A stretch of 47,348 nucleotides of DNA. Source: Octopus bimaculoides. Taxonomy: Eukaryota. The stretch lies in the NCBI RefSeq assembly GCF_001194135.2, contig NC_068988.1:32009732-32057079 (forward strand), written 5' to 3'. Position numbers and translations under genes: made by a program. The notes beneath the pieces were generated by a model. It worked only from the letters and a program-made list of their open reading frames with translations, searched no databases and was not told the DNA's origin. Shown piece by piece: positions 39,010 through 47,348 of the stretch (positions are counted from its first letter, which is position 1; the number at the start of each line of letters is the position of its first letter).

Positions 39010-40375
39010 TCAACCAAGAATACATAGGTGTGTATCTACCTATCTATATGTGTAGAAACATACATACGCACACATATATAAAATTAACAGACAGATTATT
39101 TGCTATATAGAATGTTTTGAATAATACCAGCTAATCCTCCACATTGAATTTGACTATTGTGACAGCGACACCAATTTGATTTTTATCGTTGCAAAATATC
39201 ACCTAGGTTGTCTTAAGCTTTAATTACTAGTCGTAAATAGCTGTTTTTTATTATCTCATATCATATGACAATGACTACTAAACCTTGAATGTTTAATATT
39301 CTTCAATTTGTGAAAAAGCATAATGGTTAAGAAGAAGAATACAGAAGAATATAGCTAAAAGTAAAAGAAAATAGGATGGAAATAGCAAAGCAGCAAAGCA
39401 GGAAATCGTATTGGCACACATTGATGATTCTTACTGATTTAAGTTAATTACACATATTGGCAGAAAGAAAGGTCAACGACAGCATCGAAATTGGAGATAG
39501 TTATCAACGAACTGGAGGCAATTTAAAGATTTGTCAGTAGATTATTTGAAACTTTAGAGACTCAATGAAATACTCTTGATAATGCATTGTCTAAAAGACA
39601 AGGTATTCCATGAATGAGTTTACAAATATGTATACTTTACCAAGATTCTCTTCGCTGTTCTTTCTGTGTTAATGATGACACAAACCAAATTTTAAATTGT
39701 ATGTGTTCCGTGTTTTATATTTTTGCCAAAATTGTGTTATTTTCGTGCATTTTAGAGAGAAGATTGATTTAAACTCACAGTACACTTTCTGCTTTCGTTG
39801 TTTATATACATTTTAATACGGTGCAAACGAAAGAGAAGAAAAGATGTGACTATGCGTGCAAAAATATTTATGTGATATGAAATGCACAAACGCTCATACA
39901 CAAACACGCATATACACATATGCATATATATATTTTTTTCTTTTATGTGTTTCAGCTATTGCAGTGTAGCCCTTCTGTTACCAAACATAGAAGGTTTAGT
40001 CAAACAATTTGATCCCAGTATTTTGTTTAACTCTGGTACTTCTAAGGTCGATGAAAGATGGCTCTGTGTACAGATCCAGTACAGAATAGAAATTGAGAGG
40101 TACTTGTTTGTAAATGAATTAGGTGAAGTGCTTGATGGCTTGTAGGTCTTGCTCGATACTGAAATCTAGTTTTGTGTGTACAAACATGAATCACGTTTGC
40201 ATCAGTCTGTCGTAATCATTTTAACTCTTTTTTAATTCCGAAAAAAACAAAATTCAAAAATAATTACATATTTTCCGTTACTAACGATTCTGCTGGCTCG
40301 CTGTCTCCTGAAAAGTACGTATTACTGACAGTGACGTCATTGTCAAACATATACATATTCTAACTGAGATCATAT

Positions 40376-40952
40376 TCCGCTGAGATCGACTTTGTCTTTA
40401 TCCTTTCAGGGTCAATAATTTAAGTATCCGTTGCGTACTGGGGTCGATCTTACCGACTGGCCCCATCCCCCAAAATTTCGGACCTTGTGCCTAAAGTAGA
40501 ATACATATTGAATAATATTCTATTTAAAAGGCGGCGAGCTGGCAGAAGCGTTTGCACGCCGGGTGAAATGCTTAGCGGTATTTCGTCTGTCGCTACGTTC
40601 TGAGTTCAAATTCCGCCGAGGTCGACTTTACCTTTTATCCTTTCGGGGTCGATTAAATAAGTACCAGTTACGCACTGGGATCGATATAATCGACTTAATC
40701 CGTCTGTCTGTCCTTATTTGTCCCCTCTGTGTGTAGCCCCTTCTGGGCATTAAAGATAAAAGAAACGTTAGAACGCCGGGCGAAATGCTTAGCGGTATTT
40801 CGTCTTTCTTTACGTTCTGAGTTCTAATTCCACCGAGGTAGACTTTGCATTTCATCCTTTCGGGGTCGATAAATTATGTACCAGTTGCGTACTGGGCCGA
40901 TATAATCGACTGGCCTCCCTTCCCAAAAATTTCGGGCCTAGAGTAGAAAAGG
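40376..40952 (+). mobile_element. Cluster of three tRNA-derived SINE copies (40376-40505, 40528-40760, 40761-40952)
   Basis: The copies share GGCGGCGAGCTGGCAGAA...GCTTAGCGGTATTTCGTC...GTTCAAATTCC (B box)...GTCGACTTT...GGGGTCGAT...AAGTACCAGT. Two different tail types are present. Confidence 0.9.
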
Positions 40953-41069
40953 ACATGTAATTTGTCAAAACATTTCTGATACAATTTTATATTTAAAAGA
41001 TGAGGAATTATGTACATTATTTATATTATTTACAATTAACGGATATTTGTCCTCATCTTGTTTGTTATT

Positions 41070-41115
41070 AACACAACTTTTCGGCTGATATACCCTCCAA
41101 CCTTCATCAGGTGTC
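41070..41115 (-). ncRNA. Minimal type I hammerhead motif, left arm (PLE-type)
   Basis: Reverse complement: GACAC | CTGATGA A | GGTTG-gagggtatat-CAGCC | GAAA | AG | TT | GTGTT. Confidence 0.65.
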
Positions 41116-41249
41116 CTGGGGAAATTTCGAACCTGGGTTCTCAAAACTAAGGCATTTTCCAATGTTATTAATAATATTCATGTCACTGCCTGGAATCGAA
41201 CTCGGAATCTTGGGGTTAGTAGCTCTTAACCACTACACCATATGCCCAC

Positions 41250-41320
41250 GGGCATATGGCGTAGTGGTTAAGAGCGCGGGCTACTAACCCCAAGATTCCA
41301 AGTTCGATTCCAGGCAGTGA

Positions 41321-41322
<2 letters not shown>
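41250..41322 (+). pseudogene. tRNA-derived Pol III head (tRNA-Ser-like, ACT anticodon position); mirror copy at ~41183-41247 on the minus strand
   Basis: A box TGGCGTAGTGG (41257-41267), anticodon-like arm GGG-CTACTAA-CCC (41278-41290), B box GTTCGATTCC (41302-41311). The acceptor and T stems do not pair fully. Confidence 0.75.
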
Positions 41323-41361
<39 letters not shown>

Positions 41362-41409
41362 TCAAAAAATACCTTAGGAATGAGAACCCAGGTTCGAAAT
41401 TTCCCCCAA

Positions 41410-41455
41410 GACACCTGATGAAGGCTGGAGGGTATATCAGCCAAACCCTTATGTT
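41410..41455 (+). ncRNA. Degenerate hammerhead motif, right arm
   Basis: GACAC | CTGATGA A | GGCTG-gagggtatat-CAGCC | AAACCCTT ATGTT. The GAAA core and helix I 3' strand are mutated relative to the left arm. Confidence 0.5.
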
Positions 41456-42439
41456 AACAACAAACATGATGAGGACAAATATCCGCCACTTGTAAATAAT
41501 GTAAATAATGTAAAAACATTTCTGATTCAGCAAATGCAGTAATGGTATTTCGATAACCATAGTAATATGTTAGTAATTTCCTAACAGAAACGTGGATAAT
41601 TTTGTATCTTGAAGAAACTGCACTGAATCTTGTTGATATTTAAATAATTGAACTTTAATTATTCTAAAGTGTAAATACCACTTTTATAATTTTTATGTAA
41701 GTATACAATACTAACTTATCATTTACACGCACACACAGTCACACATACACATCTACGCACACTGACACTCTGACACATCCACACCTACACACATGCACGT
41801 ATGCATAGTTGAACGTACACATAGCATCCCGGAAAAAATGCCTAGTTCGAAAATATTATCATTACATCATTTTGATTTTTAATGCATATAATTTGTCTCC
41901 GTATTCCGACTTACCAATTCCATTTATGTTTTTTGGCTATTTTATATCACGGTTATTAAGCTACATTAGGGCGTAAACAACACGAAACTAAAAGACAAAC
42001 ATACGATCAGAAAATTAATGAACGAACTCAAAACTAAAATTAATTAGCGGATTCATTCAACATGAAATTATTCTTCACGTTAGTATTCAAATCACGATGT
42101 TGATCTTTCTTAATGAAAAATACATTGAAGAAATAAAGAAATTACTTTGTAATAATTTTGTGAGAAATAGAGACATTGATTACTTTCTAACTTATTTGGG
42201 CTTTTTCATCCATTTCCATTCAAATCTGTTGCTGTCATCTGATCATTACACTCTACAACAACAGTATATAAATTTAAAGAACATCAATCTTCAGTAAGGA
42301 AAATCAATTTCATTCTTGTTTTCCTAAGTGATTTCAAACAATATTATTAAATTAGAACCATTTCCCTTCCCTTCCAACTAAACTTTTAATGTAAAGACTT
42401 CGTTATAATTTACCAGTCAAGAAACGAAAACGTCCTTTG

Positions 42440-45400
42440 TAATTAATGTTGTACATAAAGGATCAATTTTAGTGCATTTTGTTTCACAAAACTTTGGCCC
42501 CCTCCGACACTTGTATCAGCGAGTCAGTTTCTCCGGAACCACTTCTCAACACACTAGTTGAAATCATGATCTCAGCATTTCATTGTGTCCTTCTGGAGTA
42601 TAACAATACGATTGTGAAAGGAGGCGGGACAATCTTCACAATAAACACGGACGATAGCCGGATCCATCCTACAAGTGACAATACCTGTTCGACAAAGTTC
42701 CACATGTCAGCAATGCGCAGGCACTGTACAAGATCATGTAGAACGGTTTCATCGCTTCACGTGCATCTCGGAGAAACCCGACTCACTGCACACCCGTTTC
42801 TGTAGAGCTTATCGCGTAACCGGCAGCGCAACCCATTTGTACTACCCGGCCAGGGATTTCTGGAAGTTATTCGTAGTTCCAGGCCGAAAGTCATCGAGAC
42901 CAGCCAGTTGATCCATCTCGATGCGCAGGACCTCACCGAGTACGTCGTCGCTCTTGCCCTCAACTAATCCGGTACAGAACTCCAGGGTGGAAATTCCACT
43001 GACTGCATTACCCGACCGGCCGAGGGCTTGGAGACACTCTATGTGCCAAGCGCTCTGCCTCAGTCTACGCCTGATCCAGGACTGTAGCTCTGTCAAGGAG
43101 ACGAGCTGAGGAAAGGCGCGTTCAACAAACGGCGACCACACTTGTTCACCGTTAAAGTATCGCTGGAGATGTCGCAGCCTCAGCGCATGTCTGTGCATCA
43201 TCAATCCCACCATGTCCAGTCGTGCACGCAACGAGTATTGACAGCAAATGGACCGTGTGAAGAGCGGTACTTGACCATTCCACAGGAAGCGGAAGAACGT
43301 GCCAACCTGTTCATCCACGAAGTGGGTCTGTTAGGTGGTAGTTCCATGACGGATGTGATGTACGCATTCAACACCGCCGCCCGACCTCTCAGGGAGCCAA
43401 CGCGCCACGTATATCTTCGGCTGTTATCGCGAAGTGAATTTCACCTCTGCCTCCGTGCGCCCCGTACAGTTCAGCAAAGTGCTGCTGAAATTCCGCACAC
43501 ATCTGCTTAAAATTGTATAGCAATATAGCATGCTCCTCTTCCGTCCTCTCGAAACCGAATTGTAGTTTTAATACCACGTTGCTTCTCGACCACCCGAGCT
43601 CATAGTTCCATCCTCCTTTAGAGCAAGTGCCCTAGCCTTGAGAATGCAACCTTCATGCTTGGTGTTGAAGAGCTGGTTTTGAACCAATTTCGCTGCTAGC
43701 ACGTCTGTCGCTACGCCGCTACTGAGTACCTCTTCTCATTTCTTATGTAGATCTCCCTCTACTCTAGTCTTCTCTATAGCTAGTTATCTGGTAAATTCTA
43801 CCGTTTCTACTCTAATCGCCCGTTTTAGGGCTCTCCCCCACCACCGGTTGTTGATGACTGCCCCTGTCAACTTTCGATGGACTAACTGGCTATGCCAGTC
43901 TCTGAAAGCTTGATGCGCCGAGAAGGACGTGTTCAGCTTCCAGTATCCGGGTCCCTGGCTATGGATCCTATCTATTTCAAACTTACAGATCGCAAAATTT
44001 GCGGTCTGCGTAGTTGACGAACTCAAATTGTGGACACCCTATGCTTTTCCTTTCTGCTGGCCTACAAAATACCATATTTAGATGCAAGCTAGAAGCGACA
44101 GAGCAGGTTTGCGAGGCTTGCGCATCCCATTTTCCAATCCGCTAGCCCCAAACAATACACAAGTGCATCCAAATGGCGTTCCAATCGTCCACTAACACTA
44201 AAGAGAGGCTTCCAGACGTCTGAAGAACTCCAGCTGTCCCGCTCCAGTCGGTGCAGTGACCAGTCTCAAAGCACTACCTTCGTCCAGCACCACCAGCTGA
44301 ATTTCTGGGTCCAGGAAGACCGACTGTATCTCGGAATCCATGCCTTTTCTGAACATCACTGCCACCTCACCCCCCCCATTTCCGGTCGACTAAGAAATGC
44401 AAAAATGGGAGCCAAGGCCTGTGTGCCGGCGATGCTTGCCTTACTGACGTGTATTACATCCAAATTTAGCCATCTGAGGTCGTTGCGCAAGTGTCCTTGC
44501 TGCCATGACGACACCAAGGCACGTATATTTGTATATCCTACTTTAAGAAACGCCATGCTGGCCAGGATGTAAGGAAAGGAATAGGAGTGTCACCTACCTT
44601 ACTGGTACTGTTTGTGGTCGAGTGGCTCTCCCACCCAGTCTGTTTTGTTGAGTTCGTCTGGGAACGCCATTAACCGCTGTCTACTTGCCGTAACACTAGG
44701 AGGTCTAATGTCATACATATAATGTCTAATGTTGGTAATATCTCTAAGGTCAATCGTACCATCATTAGGTTCACTGGTACTCTAAACGTGTTGGGGATGC
44801 AGAACACCCCCTCTGTTTTACTGTTCAAGCTTTGTGCTACGAGAGCCATGAGCTTTTTATTGGCCCTCCTCACTGGCACGAGGTTCCGCTGCTGTGCAGA
44901 TAGTTGTTGTTGTTGCAGTGACAGTTTTGTTTTATCTGTTTAAGGTTTGTTGCGTTTTTGATTCTCTTGTAGGGGGTTGTGATGGTCATTGTAGTGTTTG
45001 TAGTGTTGGTAATGTTGTCAGTGTGTCCGTGTTTGCCGTTTCTTGGATTTCTCCATTTTTTGTGTTTCTCTTTCTTCGTTCTTTTGCCTTTTGGACTTTC
45101 CCCCTCGTCATCACTTGGATGAGTGTGGGAGTCCATGTCTTTGGTATGTTTTCTTGTTTTGATTGTTCTGATTCTCTTGTATTAGTAGTAGTAGTTGTTG
45201 TTGCTTCTACTAATGTAGCTTCCGCTTCTGATGCTGGTGCTACTCCCACTGCCACCTTTACTGTATTACCTGCTTTTTTGTCTCCTTGGGTACCATTTCT
45301 GTTTTTATTCACTTGGCTTACTGTTGTTGCAGTTCTTGTATTTTTTCTCGACCCATGGATTAGGGTGCTCTCGTTTGGACATTTCTTTCTGCCCTTCAGT

Positions 45401-46250
45401 TATGGTTCTACGGGTAGAAAGACCGTAAGTGGGCTGTTGAACCACAATCGTGGCACCTCGGTCTTCTGCCTTCTACGTTCCTATTTAGTTCTACTCCATT
45501 CCAGAGGGAGATCAGGTTTGGGACTTTCTCTAACTGCTCTGGATTCACGAGGAGAAGAACCTCCAATGTAATCCCAACTCAATTCTACCTCATTGAACTT
45601 TAACGCCTAGGAGATTTTGCCCGCCGTCCCTACAAATACACGCGAGAATCCACGATAGATCCGATCCTGGTGGAACTGTAGGGACCGTGATTCATACCAC
45701 CCTGCTTCCCATGTACGTTGGGAAGAGGACGATTTCCTCGGTAAAATGTGTAGTCATCAAGTTCTGTATCTCTTGCTTCTCAGTTTTAAAAAGGGCTGCT
45801 ACTCTGCAGTTCTCCCACATCCTCACAACGTGCGTATATCATGCCATATGACTTTCAAGGCTTTTTTCCACGGGGTCGCGTTTAGCATTTTCGAGCTTCT
45901 TTGTCTTTGACTTTGTCTTTACACCTGTAAACGACTGTTTGTTTCGCTGTTGCTTCGAGCACGTCGTTTGAAGGTGTAATTCGGTCATCTTTCCATTCGT
46001 TTTCATAAATTCAGCTGCCTTGTTTAGCTTTTCTATTTTGTTCTCAATGGGGAGTTAACCCATTCCTTAGCTGCCGTGATATTTGCAGAAGTTTCTATTC
46101 AACCGCTAACTCCATTTTTGTAAGACGCTTCGAAATCGCTTTCAGTATTGCTTTGCGTGCTACTAAAATTCCCATATAGTGAGCAAAACTATATTCCCTC
46201 CTTTCTCTCGCTTTCATCATGCTTTTCCTCTTCTTTCTTCTTTTCTTGGC
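42440..46250 (-). mobile_element. L1/Tx1-clade LINE, near full length but decayed and lacking the RT core
   Basis: ORF1 knuckle VEGRRPRCHDCGSTAHLRSFYP (~45480-45412); ORF2 APE start MAFLKVGYTNIRAL...LNLDVI (44556); GPGYWKLNTS (~43955-43924); FFRFLWNGQVP...RHALRLRHL; C-terminal zinc motif KLYRNG...PRC...DETVLHDLVQC (~42810-42720). Confidence 0.88.
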
Positions 46251-46257
46251 TCATTTC

Positions 46258-46491
46258 CTCTTTTATTTGTTTCAATCATTTGACTGCGGCCATGCTGGAG
46301 CACCGACTTTAGTCGAGCAAATCGACTCCAGGACTTATTCTTTGGAAGCCTAGTACTTATAAAATCGGGCTCTTTTGCCGAACCGCCATGTTACGGGGAA
46401 GTAAATATACCACCATCGGTTGTCAAGAGATGTTGGGGGGGGACAAACACAGACACACAAACACAGACACACAAACATATACATACATACA

Positions 46492-46552
<61 letters not shown>

Positions 46553-46717
46553 GTATATACGACGGGCTTCTTTCAGTTTCCGTCTACCAAATTCACTAAC
46601 AAGGCTTTGGTCGGCCCGCCGCCATAGTTGAAGACACTTACCCAAGGTGCCATGCAGTGGGAATGAACCCGGAACTATGTGGTTGGTAAGCTAGCTATTT
46701 ACCACACAGCCACTCCT
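46258..46717 (-). mobile_element. Full-length tRNA-derived SINE with a CORE-like segment and an internal microsatellite
   Basis: Reverse complement: head AGGAGTGGCTGTGTGGTA...GGTTCATTCCC, then GGCACCTTGGGTAAGTGTCTT (resembles the MIR CORE GTGACCTTGGGCAAGT), then (TA)/(TGTA)n, then a tail ending GGCCGCAGTCAAATGATTGAAACAAATAAAA. Confidence 0.88.
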
Positions 46718-47080
46718 ACACCTCTTCACTTCTTCATCTTTCTTTTCTTCTTGCTGGCTGCTGTCAATCATGGTGGAGAGGACAGAGAAGTCCTCGTGCG
46801 CATTGCTGTTCTACCTTCCTTCCTCACTCTTGTTTGTCGTCGCTATCTTCAATGTTTATTTTCTTCGAAGCAAATTTTCCAACAAATTTGAAAATAAAAT
46901 GGTTTGTATCTCCCCCAAAATGGGGCTTTGCTTAACAAATGTCAGCCACCCTACAGAAGAGCAGCTGGCTTGAAAAACTTTTTAGCCATTAAAATACAGT
47001 TTAGAACCTTTCAAAACAAATGAATTTAAAATGAAATTACAGCGCTCCAAAAACACACCGCCTGCTCTGGCTATAATAAT

Positions 47081-47083
<3 letters not shown>

Positions 47084-47143
<60 letters not shown>
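47084..47143. repeat. (TAA)n microsatellite
   Basis: Direct reading of the sequence. Confidence 0.95.
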
Positions 47144-47144
<1 letters not shown>

Positions 47145-47146
<2 letters not shown>

Positions 47147-47348
47147 CTACCAACAATTGAGCAAATATAAAGATCTTGAAATAGAAATTAGCAAAATGTG
47201 GAACCTGAAGACTAAAACAATACCTATTGTCATAGGTGCCTTGAGAATGACAGCGAAATGGGCTGATTACTAACTAGCTCAGATACCAGGAAACCCCAAA
47301 CTGGCTGAAGTTCAGAAGATAGTGCTCATGGGAACTGCCCATATCCTA
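47145..47348 (+). mobile_element. R4/Dong-like LINE 3' fragment (end of endonuclease domain), running off the window
   Basis: LSKYKDLEIEISKMWNLKTKTIPIVIGAL...IPG...VQKIVLMGTAHIL, homologous to the 20985-21850 copy. Confidence 0.88.

Larger units (their letters stand above)
40981..41512. mobile_element. Palindromic (head-to-head) non-autonomous element: tRNA-derived head, (AAT)n, then an HHR-containing tail; candidate 14-bp TSD
   Basis: Arms are reverse complements around CCATATGCCC-ac-GGGCATATGG (centre 41248/41249). The direct repeat AAAACATTTCTGAT lies at 40967-40980 and 41513-41526. Confidence 0.85.

Noticed and set aside
41250-41322. Functional tRNA-Ser(ACT) gene
   Set aside because: Acceptor and T stems do not pair properly, and the sequence is embedded in a mobile element, so it is treated as a tRNA-derived head.
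44894-45571. 225-aa plus-strand ORF
   Set aside because: It is the antisense of the low-complexity ORF1 tail of the Tx1-like LINE.

Overview
Eukaryotic, repeat-dominated DNA from a draft assembly with N gaps. It is probably an octopod cephalopod; this is inferred from recognising the SINE families and the extreme microsatellite load. No host protein-coding gene, intact RNA gene or CRISPR array can be supported. Most ORF-track entries are translations of microsatellites, N gaps or decayed transposons. The window is a patchwork of decayed mobile elements: a CR1/L2-type LINE end, two Penelope-like (PLE) reverse transcriptase relics, four R4/Dong-like LINE fragments, three L1/Tx1-like fragments (one near full length but lacking its RT core), an RTE fragment, three mariner relics and several tRNA-derived SINEs. 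The most notable signal is RNA-structural. Three sequence-unrelated type I hammerhead ribozyme (HHR) motifs can be folded by hand. (i) 5907-5951, in a hairpin-rich ~280-nt element. (ii) 37371-37416, inside a 319-bp-period direct repeat. (iii) 41070-41115 with a degenerate twin at 41410-41455, in a ~530-bp head-to-head palindromic element that joins a tRNA-derived Pol III head to an HHR-bearing tail and is flanked by a 14-bp direct repeat. Together they suggest a Penelope/retrozyme-like system of non-autonomous ribozyme-bearing elements. Self-cleavage activity is not demonstrated: each motif deviates from the canonical core or helix geometry. TE boundaries are approximate.
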